Shown one piece after another: positions 11,380 through 23,300 of a stretch of 64,000 nucleotides of DNA. How positions within the stretch are numbered: the first letter of the stretch is position 1; the number at the start of each line of letters is the position of its first letter. Origin of the DNA: Naegleria gruberi (Eukaryota); the NCBI GenBank assembly GCA_000004985.1, contig GG738845.1; one strand, written 5' to 3'. The position numbers and the translations under genes are program-made. Below the pieces are notes generated by a model. It saw nothing but the letters and a program-made list of their open reading frames with translations, ran no database searches and was not told the origin of the DNA.

Positions 11380-11716
11380 TAATTTGAATAAATTATTTAA
11401 TTGTACTTGAGTAACACCACTTACAATCTAAATATTGTAACATCTGAGCCAACTTCTGATTCAGGCAACCAAGTGAGAGAATCCATAATTAGTAGTTCAA
11501 CATACTCTCTTTATAAATTATTGAGTGATGAAATCAAATTATTCAACACAAGATCCAACAAGCTCAGAAAAATGGCTAAATCAAGCAGTGGTCATTTTGC
11601 TTTTTACCTTAAAACTCATTTAAAACTCATGGAATAATTGATGGTTAATAGTATAATTTATTTGGGTTTGTTATTTTGGGTAGTAGTTGAGTTTTAGAGA
11701 TCTATCAGCAAATTGT

Positions 11717-14700
11717 TTAAATTCTGTTATTTCTCATGAGGGATTGGTAATTGAAAGAGGTTGGGGATGGAGATTCAGTATTATTGACATCAGAGTGTAA
11801 GGAAACCAAAGATAAATCCAATGGAAGAGCAGCTTTTGGATCTCTTTCCAAGTTTTGTGGAATTTTGTGGAAACCAAACTTTTTAGCCAAATCAGTTGGG
11901 TGTTGAGGAGGATTTAAGAAACCACACTTGCACAAGAAGCAATAGTAAGTGGTCATCAATTCAATAACCTTTGGACAAGTAACATTGGAATTTTCCAAAC
12001 CTTCCAAAGTGTGAGTGTTATCATACCATGGACGCTTGGCAGTCATCTTCAAGTCATAATCATCAGTGAAATAGGTTACCAATGGATACAATACATTTTC
12101 TTCAACAACCTTTCCAGTTTCAGTTTCAGCACTTTTATCTCTATTAACAGTAGCTTGATATAACTTTTCCTTCCATTCCTTGAATGGCAATGGCTTGATA
12201 CTGTAACCAAGCTTGTTACCACATTCGAATAATGAATTGAAGAAGAATTCGTGAGGATTGACCAAGTGATAAGCTTGATGTTTAACAACAGAGTCCATAG
12301 TTCTTGACAAGTGAACAATGGCACCAGAAATGAAATCAACAGGAGACATATCCAACTTGGAGAGTGGCATATCTGGATAGTAACCCATTTGGATACAACC
12401 CTTAATCATACGACACAAGAAGTCATCTGGATTCCAGACACCAGTCTTGGCGTGACCTGTAATATAACCTGGTCTGTAGATACAAACTGGTAAACCTCTC
12501 ATACGAGCATTCATGCACAACTTTTCAGCAACATACTTGGATTGTGGATAACCAGTCAAATCTTCGTGATATGGAAGTGTGGAATCTTCATAGACATCAG
12601 TGAATTCCTTATATTGTTCAGAGTCAAAAACAGATGTTGTGGAAACATAGTGAACTGGAGTCAACTTTTGACCAGCACAAGCCATCTTTAAAATTTCACG
12701 AGTACCATTAACGTTGGAGGCCTTCAACTTGTCATAACTGTAGAGCCAATGGACAGCGGCACCATTGTGAACAATGATATCAATAATGTTGGTCATTTCT
12801 TCAAACTTGTTTTCATTCAAACCCAACAATGGTTTAGTCAAATCTCCCAAAACTGGAATAATTCTCATTTCAACAACTTGAGCCAAGTTATTTCTGTTAA
12901 TAGAGTTGACAGAGTCCATTTCTTCTTCTTGATCCATTTCCTTAGAAGTCCACAAGAAGTGATATGACAAGAGGGATTCCAAAATACGTTTTCTGGCCTT
13001 TTCTTCATTTTCAGCTCTAACCAAACAGTAAATCTTGGCAGTTGACTTCTTCAAAAAGTCAGCCAACAAGAATGTACCCAAGAAACCAGTACATCCAGTA
13101 ATCAAAATGTTCTTTGGATTTTGCCAAACCTTGGAATAGGAAATGAAATCGTTAAAGTTCAATTGATGTTGAGGTCTGATAAATGCTTCCAAGTGAGTAT
13201 CCATAGAAACATCTTGAATCAAGTGTTGATTTTTGGTTTGACCACTTCTCAATTGTTCAATAGCAACAGCGAGAGCAGAGATGGTTGGAGCTCTGAACAA
13301 TAATTCAACTGGGAGTTTTTGAGCACCTTCAACTTGATTTCTGATCAACAAGGTCAATGTTGTAGCATTGATAGAGTGACCACCCAAATCAAAGAAGTTA
13401 TCATGGATACCAATGTTATCAGTGTTACCACGTGATAAAACATCAGCCCAAATTTGTTGTAATTGCTTTTCCAAATCATTTCTTGGAGCAACATATCCTT
13501 CTTCATCACCAGAATCCAAAGATGGCATGTGAATTGGATTTGGTAAATCTTGTTTTTTGATTTTACCGTTTGGAGTCAATGGAATCTTTTCCAATGGAAC
13601 AAAGTATGAAGGAATCATATAATCTGGTAATCTGGTTCTGATGTGTTGTCTCAAATCCTTAATGATGGTCTTGATTATACTAGATTCCATATAATTTCCA
13701 TTCTTGGCGTTGAGGGTAGAATTCTTTTCTAATTCAACCTTATCCAAAACAAAGTATGTAACAATACGCTTTTCATTTTGAATGCAATCTTCTCTGACAA
13801 TGGTAACACTTTCCTTAACAAATTCGTGAGAGTTCAGACAGGTGTTAATTTCACCCAATTCAATTCTGAAACCTCTAATCTTAATTTGGTCATCAGCTCT
13901 ACCACTGCATTCAGCATCACCACTAATTAAATATCTACCCAAGTCACCAGTTCTGTACATTCTATCCACATAACCACTGGTCATGAATGGATTTGGAATG
14001 AACTTTTCACGAGTATCCTTTTCCTTACCCTTATAACCTTGAGAAAGATGAGGAGATCTCATGTAAATTTCACCCATTTCACCAATACCTGACAACATGA
14101 ATTTGTTATCACGAGAAGTGAATCTGCTCAATGTCAATGCTTGAACATCTTGCATACCTCTACCGATTGGTAAAATATCCTTCAATTGTTCGAAAGGAAT
14201 ACCAGTTTCAATACACTTTTCACCTGGACGTGGGACCATATAGTAGGTAACAGAACGTTGAGTTTCAGTTGATCCATACAAGTTGATAACCTTAACGATT
14301 GGTGCAATGTCACACAATCTCTTAACGAATTTCTTAGACAAGACATCACCAACAAAGAATGCATATCTCAAATGATTCAATTGGAACAATTGAGATGATG
14401 TGTTAATGACAGATGCAGCAGTAGCCAACAATTGACCCATTGGTGGAGTCAAACAACAAACTGTAATCTTCTTTTCTTCGAACCATTCAGCAAGACGACC
14501 TGGATTGACAATATCTTCATTAGATGGAATATACATGGTACATCCCAAGAACCATGGAGTAAAAATGTCACGTTGCAAAGGATCGTGAGAAATACCAGAT
14601 TGCATTGAGAATCTGTCATTTTCACTAAAGCCAAAATATTGTTTCATCCATGGATAATAGTGAGTGAGAGGACCGTGTCTTCCCAAAACACCCTTTGGAA

Positions 14701-16126
14701 TACCAGTACTTCCTGATGTATAGGTGCAAACAGCAAAGTCATCTTGTGTAATTTTAACATTCAAAGTTGGATCTTCACTCAAATTGGAATCGTTATAATC
14801 AGAGTAGACATTCTCATTAAGAATATCAGTCATGGATTTCAATACTGTTACAAACTTGGTCTTTTCATTGATAAAATCAATGACAGACTTTGGTAATTGA
14901 CCAGCAGCTTCAATTAAAATAACTGCAGATGGTGTTGAAACTTCCAAACAAGTGATAATTCTGTCGGCTGGATAAGCAGGATCTAACATGTTAAAAATTG
15001 CACCACATTTCAATGTAGACAAGATGGCCAACACAACTGGACAAGATCTGTGACCAAAGATTGTCACAACCTCCTGTCTCTTCAATCCCTTATGAAGTAA
15101 GTGTCTTGATAACTGATTGGAAACTCGATTCAATTGTTCAAAGGTAACACTTTCATGATTATCAACCATGGTAATTCTATCTGGTGTTTGTTTAGCCTGT
15201 TCTTGGAAAATTTCATGAATTGGACCAATGAAATCGTTATTCAAAGCTTTATCAGGGTGTGGTAAAACCTTCTTGGCATATTCAGTCACCAAACTGATAT
15301 CATAAATAGAGACATTGCAATTACTCGACAATACTTGTTCAGAAACTAATTTCAATTGATTCAATAATTCAGCCATTCTCAATTCTGTGAACAAGTTATT
15401 TTGATAAATGATACTGAGTTCGTTAGATTGAGTATTGTAGTGTAAATTTAAATCAACATTAGAAATAGGGAATGGTTTGTCCACCTTAGTGAATGGACCG
15501 GCATAGGAACTATAAGAAACTTGAACGAGTAAATTTGTATCAATATTACCAGCATTAGCATTGTTAGACAAAAATTGTTCGAGAATATTCTTTACATTAT
15601 TGAAATATGATAAATGATTCAATGAATCATTGTATGATTGTTGAATATTGGAAAGTAACTTTTTAAAACTATACTTTTCAGTAGCATCACTTTGTGAAAT
15701 ACCTTCAAATGTATCTTCTTCATTGGAAGGCATTGGAATATTGGCTGACAAGATGAATGAATCCTTTTCTTCATTACAATCTTGCAATACACCAATTAAA
15801 AAGGTTTCTTCATATGTATATCTACATAATAATACAACAAATAAGGAGAGAATGAATGAATTCTTAGTAAATAATTGTTGTGCCTCTGAATCTCCATTCT
15901 TGATAAACAGTTCTCTAAATTTGCTACTATTCAACACTTGTTCCATTGAAATGGTATATTCTAATGGTTTATACTCAACTTGGGTAGTAGAGGTAGTAGA
16001 AGTTGATGAAGCTGCTTCATCATTTAACATAACTCTAGGATAATCAGTTGGCAATTTCAAACTTTGATTTTGACTCAACAATTGTGACCAAAACGACAAT
16101 TGTTTTTCCTTCAACAATGAGGCCAT
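11717..16126 (-). CDS. LYS2: L-2-aminoadipate reductase (Lys2): NRPS-like adenylation-thiolation-NAD(P)H reductase domain protein, about 1470 aa
   Basis: Long collinear matches to S. cerevisiae Lys2: TYTSGSTGIPKGVLGRH, HDPLQRDIFTP, PGRLAEW, YRTGDLGRY, GRADDQIKIRGFRIELGEI, NGKIKK, FFDLGGHSINAT (phosphopantetheine Ser), ITGCTGFLGTFLLADFL (Rossmann) and YPQSKYVAEKL. The listed start at 16192 is GTG; the first ATG (MASLLKEKQ) is at 16126. Confidence 0.9.
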   Translation of the reverse strand: MASLLKEKQLSFWSQLLSQNQSLKLPTDYPRVMLNDEAASSTSTTSTTQVEYKPLEYTISMEQVLNSSKFRELFIKNGDSEAQQLFTKNSFILSLFVVLLCRYTYEETFLIGVLQDCNEEKDSFILSANIPMPSNEEDTFEGISQSDATEKYSFKKLLSNIQQSYNDSLNHLSYFNNVKNILEQFLSNNANAGNIDTNLLVQVSYSSYAGPFTKVDKPFPISNVDLNLHYNTQSNELSIIYQNNLFTELRMAELLNQLKLVSEQVLSSNCNVSIYDISLVTEYAKKVLPHPDKALNNDFIGPIHEIFQEQAKQTPDRITMVDNHESVTFEQLNRVSNQLSRHLLHKGLKRQEVVTIFGHRSCPVVLAILSTLKCGAIFNMLDPAYPADRIITCLEVSTPSAVILIEAAGQLPKSVIDFINEKTKFVTVLKSMTDILNENVYSDYNDSNLSEDPTLNVKITQDDFAVCTYTSGSTGIPKGVLGRHGPLTHYYPWMKQYFGFSENDRFSMQSGISHDPLQRDIFTPWFLGCTMYIPSNEDIVNPGRLAEWFEEKKITVCCLTPPMGQLLATAASVINTSSQLFQLNHLRYAFFVGDVLSKKFVKRLCDIAPIVKVINLYGSTETQRSVTYYMVPRPGEKCIETGIPFEQLKDILPIGRGMQDVQALTLSRFTSRDNKFMLSGIGEMGEIYMRSPHLSQGYKGKEKDTREKFIPNPFMTSGYVDRMYRTGDLGRYLISGDAECSGRADDQIKIRGFRIELGEINTCLNSHEFVKESVTIVREDCIQNEKRIVTYFVLDKVELEKNSTLNAKNGNYMESSIIKTIIKDLRQHIRTRLPDYMIPSYFVPLEKIPLTPNGKIKKQDLPNPIHMPSLDSGDEEGYVAPRNDLEKQLQQIWADVLSRGNTDNIGIHDNFFDLGGHSINATTLTLLIRNQVEGAQKLPVELLFRAPTISALAVAIEQLRSGQTKNQHLIQDVSMDTHLEAFIRPQHQLNFNDFISYSKVWQNPKNILITGCTGFLGTFLLADFLKKSTAKIYCLVRAENEEKARKRILESLLSYHFLWTSKEMDQEEEMDSVNSINRNNLAQVVEMRIIPVLGDLTKPLLGLNENKFEEMTNIIDIIVHNGAAVHWLYSYDKLKASNVNGTREILKMACAGQKLTPVHYVSTTSVFDSEQYKEFTDVYEDSTLPYHEDLTGYPQSKYVAEKLCMNARMRGLPVCIYRPGYITGHAKTGVWNPDDFLCRMIKGCIQMGYYPDMPLSKLDMSPVDFISGAIVHLSRTMDSVVKHQAYHLVNPHEFFFNSLFECGNKLGYSIKPLPFKEWKEKLYQATVNRDKSAETETGKVVEENVLYPLVTYFTDDYDLKMTAKRPWYDNTHTLEGLENSNVTCPKVIELMTTYYCFLCKCGFLNPPQHPTDLAKKFGFHKIPQNLERDPKAALPLDLSLVSLHSDVNNTESPSPTSFNYQSLMRNNRI

Positions 16127-17770
16127 GATGCAATTAAAGTGATGATGATTTGAAAAATGTAAATTTACAATGATACTCGAAAGTAGTAACACACTAGTTA
16201 ACTAGTAGTAGGGGAAGGGGAATATGTGTGCAAGTAGCAGAGCAGCAGCAGCAACAGAGAGAACAATTGAATGAATAGAAACAACACAGTCTTGTTGTAG
16301 AGTTGTTTTTTTCGCTCTTTTTCGTGGTGCATCTCCACAGAGACCAAAAGTAAAACGCGAGAGGTGAATCCACATTTTAAATATCAAGCCATTTGAATTT
16401 ATTTGGCGATTTTTCCTCTAGGGATTTTGGGTCATTTCAATTAAAATTCAGCGAATATGTTTAAATTTTCCACTGTGTTGCACTACAATTTACAATGGTG
16501 ATGATGTGTTTGTTGAGGAGAAATTTATAGAAGTTTAAAAGTTGTTTTAAAATTATTGAAAATACATGTATTTCATAGTATTCAATGAATGAAGGCACAG
16601 AGGAAGGATGGGAGAAATGAGGAGTAACAACATTTATGTGACCTCAAATTTACAACACACTTCAAATAACCAAGGGGGGACATAGTTATTTTTAGACAAG
16701 CTACTTGCACGGTAAAGTTTTGAAGCAACCATAGGGAGAAAGGCTTTGCTTTCTTTCTTGATATATACAATAAATGGTGAAATGAAGATTTCAGAATAGA
16801 CAGTCAACTCAATGGTATATCTAAAACTTTTTTCTGTTTTTTTGGTATTATTGTAGTTATTGTGTAATATTAGTGTAAAGTTCCCATAACATTTAAAGTA
16901 CCATACCATTGATATTTTCTCGCCACCATTTGAGAGATAGGTGAATAGTATCTATATAATTATACTCTAAAGAGCCGAGTCGTCAGAATCAGTATTGATC
17001 TTGGTGTATCCCACAGGAGGTAAGTAGTAGGAAATACTTCGTCAAAAAATGACTAGCGAAATTTTGTTGTAAAGAGATGAGTATTATGTCTATATATAAA
17101 CAACCTCAGCCAATAAAAATTCATGGATTCGTTATAATAGATATATATTATCAGTGGTAAAATATTTGTCTGTCAATATGACTTATTAGAGTAATGTAAA
17201 CTTGATGAAAGTTGTTCGTCATTTTATCATTATTTTATAATAAGGAAAAAAATTAGTTGGTAAACTATACTTATTTTTGGAGTAAATAATTGATTTCAAT
17301 CAACTATTATTTCTATAACCGTTTCTGCTAATGTCTATAAACGACTGGAAAAATATGAGAACAAACAAGCATAAATTTATTTATTAAATTAGCACAGGAT
17401 AATAGAATAGTGAAAATCCAGTTGTTTATTCAATTTTGATGGAAACTGATTTTCTTTTCAAAAAATTGTCATCTTATGCATTCATTGAAGCTCAAAAATA
17501 AATTTTTTTATTTATTTTAATTGAAAATAATGAGTTTCTTGTACCATAATATTTTTTAAAAAATGTATGACTTCAACAAATTCTTCACTATGTCCCCCCT
17601 TGCAAATAACTCCGTAAAATTATAATTGTTTGTTTTTAGAATACTTTACATTTGTGTTTGGCCGTATTACTCTCCTTTTAAATCATGTTGTAACGGTCGT
17701 CTCAATTTCATTTATGACATTTTAACCTTATTTAAGATTTACATTACTCCTGTGGAGGGATTTTGGTTTA

Positions 17771-18373
17771 TTATCTATTTAGAATATTGTAAAACCTCCA
17801 CTTCCATTCAGATTTCAAGTAGAACGAAGAAAGAGATGCAAGCTCAATGTGTTCATTGTAAAACCTTTCAGAAATTTTAGAATAATCAATAATAGTGAAG
17901 AGTTCAGAAAATATCAATTCCGAGTTGAGATTACTATTCAACAATTTCAAAATATCCTTTCCATAATTTTGTAAGATATATTCACACATTAATTTTGAAT
18001 ATTCATTATCAAATATTTTAGTATTCAATAAATCAGTAATTTGTTCAACATTATCGAGAGGATAATTTTGATTTTTTAATTGTATTAATTCATCTATTAT
18101 TGATTTTGATACTTTCATACTAAATTTATATACATCATACGGAATGTTTAATTCTACAGTCTTATTATAATCTCTAATGACACTCAGATATGATGTCAGC
18201 ATACTGAGAATAGAAATCGGTAAAAGTATTCGGAATGGTAGTGAATTTTTAATTATTTGATGGTATTTAATCCGAATAAAATTAATAGTGATTTGTTTAA
18301 TATTACTATTGGATGATTGTTGGCTGAGGTGATGAAGGAATTTTGACGATTTGAGTGAGGAGAAGAATTTCAT
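17771..18373 (-). CDS. Hypothetical K/N/S-rich 200-aa ORF; alternatively a 3' exon of the upstream AAA gene
   Basis: ATG in A-rich context (agaaaaaaATGAAATTC) only 45 nt downstream of the stop of the same-strand gene 18418..20217. A GTAATT...TTTAG interval would fuse the two in frame. No recognisable domain. Confidence 0.3.
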   Translation of the reverse strand: MKFFSSLKSSKFLHHLSQQSSNSNIKQITINFIRIKYHQIIKNSLPFRILLPISILSMLTSYLSVIRDYNKTVELNIPYDVYKFSMKVSKSIIDELIQLKNQNYPLDNVEQITDLLNTKIFDNEYSKLMCEYILQNYGKDILKLLNSNLNSELIFSELFTIIDYSKISERFYNEHIELASLSSFYLKSEWKWRFYNILNR

Positions 18374-18417
18374 TTTTTTCTAAATTGATTTTAAATTATT
18401 TTGAATTCATGGAATGT

Positions 18418-20217
18418 TTATAATTTAGATTGAATTACATTCAAACTTCTTCTTAGTTGAATATCATCTCTTCTATTCAAAACAACAACACTAACCCTAT
18501 CCAGCTCAGGAGACACCTCCAAATGGATATGATCATTCTCCGCAAACAAGTGATCAGAAGCTGCCAGTGGCGTAAGAATATGATTTTCTAACACACCTGT
18601 AACAGTAAGGGAAGGTCTATATCTCTTCATGAGCCATATCACAACATCCTCACTCCATGTCATTTTGAATCTTTTTTGAGTAAAGGCAAATGTTGAAAAG
18701 ACATTCAATTGTGTCACAATTTGATTACAAAGCTCAATATCTGAGAAGGCAAAGAATGGTATAATAGCATTAAATTGATGGAGGAATGCATCAAAGCATT
18801 TTGGTTGTTTGCTTTCTTCTGTCGATTTGTTAGAATTATTCAAATGATCGACCAGTATTGGTGTGATTTGATGTCTAAATTCAATCACTCTATCTAAGGC
18901 ATCAATGGTTGAGTATGAAGAAGTAACTTGGTCAACAAACTTTGAAGAAGGTGGAGGAGGTGCAACCTTTGTACGATTCATTCTTCGTTTAAAATCATAA
19001 TCATAGGCATCCTCATTCTCGTAACCTTCAAATCCATTATCCCAATTACCTATTGTCTTTTTCTCCTTTTCGTATTTCTCTATTAAATTATTTGGTCCAC
19101 TCTCCAGAATATTCTTTTTCACAACTTGGTCACTTATTACAGAAATGCAAATAAATATGGCCTGGCTGGCATCTATTATTTTCACCAAATCATCCTCGTT
19201 ATCTTTCTTCTTTTCTTTTTTCCCAGGTTCTAGTGAGGATGATTGCTTTCTCGTTTTTTGCTCTAGAATAATGCCAGATCTGAAGAGTTGATGTAAAAAT
19301 CTGAATACAGATGGATGGGCACTCTCCATATTATTGAATACAATTACAGCATTTGGAGTGGTCTCTAGAATGACATTTAATTGACCTAGCATGTAATTGA
19401 AAGGTTCAGAATATCTATACTCATCAGAAAATTGTACAAGATTTGATAAATCTTCCTCCTCGGTAAAATAGCTCATATCTAAGAGTACAAATGGTCTGCT
19501 TTGTGATTGGGCAATGAGTTTTGACAGATAAATTTTTCCACATCCAACAGGTCCAATTAAGAACAAAGAGAGTGGTATCTTTGTTTGCTTCCTTATCTGA
19601 TGATTATCTTCCATATTTGAAATGAATTGATTTTCATTCGTGAGTTGATGATAAGAGTAGGACCATATTGTAGACTGACGAAGTAAGCAGAAACAAACTG
19701 TCTTGATGGCAATTTCCTGATTCACCAAACACTTATTTAAATAATTTTCCAACTGTAAGAGTGGAACAGTCTTTCTCTGCACACCCTTCTTTCCGCCGCT
19801 CATAATTGGTCTATCAAATCTTTCAATAATAAAAGGTGGTCTTATTTGGTGGTTATTGTCTCCCAAATAATCAAATTTGTTAGAGGCTTCGACTGGAACT
19901 GAATTCGATGCTGCCGAAGAAAATAAATTCCAATATTGATGTTGGAATAACATGTTGGTAGCCTTGTCCTTTAATTCTTGAAAAACTCGCATAAATCCAC
20001 CATTTGAATGTGTTGTTTCCTCTTGTTGATCAATGATGAGATTTTCATTCCGATATTTATCAGTTGTGTTTTCTAATGATGCCTTCACATTGGCTGCTGA
20101 TGATGAGGAATTAATTAATTTACTCTGTGTTGTTGTCATATTGTTTTGGTTTGATTGTCCTTGTGAAGGAAGATTTGATGATGAGGGTTGTTTATTTCCT
20201 ATCGTTAAATTGGACAT
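18418..20217 (-). CDS. AAA+ protein of the ClpA/B D2 (AAA_2) type with degenerate Walker A (GPVGCGKI) and Walker B (VIVFNNME) motifs, probable non-catalytic ATPase-fold protein
   Basis: [18 protein letters not shown] parallels ClpB [41 protein letters not shown] parallels [47 protein letters not shown] parallels [29 protein letters not shown]. A D2-small-like C-terminus follows. No signal peptide, so it is not a torsin. Confidence 0.7.
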   Translation of the reverse strand: [599 protein letters not shown]

Positions 20218-20385
20218 TTTTTAGGCGGGAATTTTCAAGTTAAAGTTTAAACAATGCAATTAATTGTTAATAAATAATTAAAAGGGTTTTGTTACCATTA
20301 AATGTCGATCTTTTAATTTAACATTGAATAAATTGTACTCAACCGTTCATAAATTTGTAATGCAAAAGAATTTAAATATTAAAAA
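20218..20385. promoter_or_regulatory. Putative bidirectional promoter region between divergently transcribed AAA_2-like gene and Sec10
   Basis: 168-bp A/T-rich spacer between two start codons on opposite strands. This is inferred from gene arrangement only. Confidence 0.3.
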
Positions 20386-23300
20386 ATGAAATCTTCAACC
20401 AGTAGAAATGAGTTGGGGAAATCTGGAGCCTCGTCATCATTAACTTCTGGAGAAGGTACACCTACAAAACCTATCAGAAGAAGAGCAGGAAGTACTAATC
20501 AAGGATCATCATCCACAACATCATCATCCGATAAAACCAAATCATCTCGTTCATCAACTGTAAGAGGCAACAATGAAAAGGATACTCCAACACCAACTAC
20601 TACATCATCAAAGGAAAATACCAAGTCAAAAGAAAATTCAAAAGAAAAGGAACCAAAATCCGAATCAAAATCGGAAAGAGGATCAAGCACACCTCTTATG
20701 CCTCCACCACCTAATACAGAAAAATGTACTCCTTTCTATCCTATTACCATGTTCCAAGAAAAATCAGCATTCGGAGCAAACTATAATGAAGGAGAATTTA
20801 TCGAAACACTCACTTATAAATTATTAAATGAAGTTAATAGAATTAATTCCAATAATTCGTCAAATGGATTTGGATCAAACAGTGCGAATCAAGAATTAGA
20901 GGACAAACAAGCTGATTATTTGGAAGTTTTTCAACAATTATTTCACAGAAGTATTGTTGATATGGAAAGATTAATGAAAGATGTAAATATTACTGTGGAA
21001 AAGTTGGTAAAAGAAACTGAAGCTGCATCTCAGAAACATCAGTCCAAATTACAAACATTTCATCAAGAGTTAGAGGTAGGTAATCTTTTTAAATTAATTA
21101 CTAATTAGCCATCAAGACAATATCAGAAAAATTCAAAAATATCGAAGATGTCATTAATCAAGTTGGTAATACTACTGTACAAATTGGTAATACTCTCGAC
21201 ACTGTAGATAAACAAAAGAGTAGAGCTATTGAAGCTAAACAATTGATGAAATTCTTTAATGAATTCAACAGCTATACCCCAGAACAATTCAAACACGAAA
21301 TTTTACCAAAGAAAAAGTTCAACCATGCCATCTTTAAGAAGAAGGGATCACAACATCGCGCTGCCAAAATTGTGCAAGAATTGTCCCTCATTGCTGCTGA
21401 TTTGACAAAGGTAGATTCATGTAAAAATGCTATTGCCAATATCAAATTATATAATGACGACCTTTTACAAAATTTATTGGAAGATTTTGCTCAATCTGTC
21501 AAGTTGAGTGAGGATCAAAGAAAACAAGGTATTAGCGAAATGAAGAAAAAGGCCAGAATTTTGCTTGATATTAAGAATGAATCAAAATGCATTGATCTCT
21601 ATGTAAAGATGAGATTTGAAAAATTCATTACCTTTACAACGGAGGCTGTTGAAAAACAATTGAAGGAAAATTTTGGAACACTCCTAAAAGATATAAAAGA
21701 ATTAGAGACTAAATTGGAATCTAAAAAACCTACCAAATCAGTTGTTGAAGAAGAAAATGAGGATGATGAAGATCAAGACGAAGAAAGAGGCACATCTACA
21801 GAAGTCTCTCAAAATAATACGAATAATACTGGTACAGATAAGTCTACGGATAGTAATGCAGAAAAAGAGGATATCGAATCTCTAGAAAATACTCTCGATA
21901 CATATAGACAACAACTTGATGAAGCTCGGTCTAACACTCGAGAAATTGTATATCAGGAATGTATCAATGCTGTCATTAAGAGTGTAAATGATGTTGAAGC
22001 ATACACAAACTTTTTAACAAGAGTTGAAAAGGCAACCTCATCAGAATATTCTATCATTTCTGAAGTATTTTCCAACTCTTCTAGAGATGTACTTTTACTC
22101 TTCCTTCAAAAGATTGTTGATGAAATTCTGGAAGAAATTGTGAGTTCACTCCTCAAAGAACCAGAAGAAGATAGATTGGAATCATACCTCAAAAATTTCG
22201 AAAAGATTTATAATACCACCATTAATTTTGTGGATAGACTGGTGACAGAACACTCTAACATTCCAACTTTGAAATCCAACTTGACAAGAAGCATTGAGAA
22301 TATCTTCTTTGTCAAAAAGAAGGGTTATGGAAGTGTAGAACAAAAATATGTCGATGGAAAGTATGAGGAGATTGTTCAACCAATTGAAGAAATGGAATCA
22401 CCAATATTACAACTCTTAGCTACCTCTCAAAAAACTCTTCTTTCTGGCTCCAACTTGCTACAAATTTTCAGCAACGCTATGCAAGTACCTGAACAAGTTG
22501 AAATGCTCAAAGATTATCCTCGATTACAATTGGATGTTATTGTAAACTTTATTCACACTAACACTGAATCATTGTTGAGATGCAAGAAACTGTCTCTAAA
22601 GAATGAAATCCCAAAGAATATGTACACTATTTTTGAATTGCTGAAAAATGCTGTTTGTAATTATGTAAAGAAGGGACTCGAATTTTCTGTGGCAACTATT
22701 TCATATGGAGCCAAGAAGGAACCATCCACAGATCTCTACTTGGCAATTCACTTGACAAATTCTGTACTCCAAAAAGTACAGAGACACTTGGAACAAAACG
22801 TACTGCCAAGCATTGTGTCTGTATCCTTGCCAATGCAATTACAATGTATCAAGCTGAAAGATGATTTATTTTCTACCCTCGAGTCATATGTTGTGAAAGG
22901 ATTGGAAATTATGTTAAAATCTATTGTAGAGTATTGTAAATTCATTTTGGAGAAGGAACAAAAGAATATTGCAGCAGACTATAAACCAAAAGAAAATGAT
23001 TCAAGGTTTGTCTTTGTAGAACATCAACCAACCCAGGGCTGCACAAAATGTTGTTCCTTCCTGACAACACACTGCGAACAGATTCAAACCTGTCTATTTG
23101 GTAAGAATAGAGAATACTTTTTGACGAAATTGGGTATGCATTTTTTCCAATTATTGACCAATACCCTTAAAGATATGTCAGTAAGCAATTTGGGAGCCAT
23201 TAAATTGATGAGAGATTTGTCAGAGTATCAGAAATGTATGAGACAATTCCAAGTAACAGTTATTGAAGATCAATTCGATACTCTCAGAGAAGTTTCCAAC

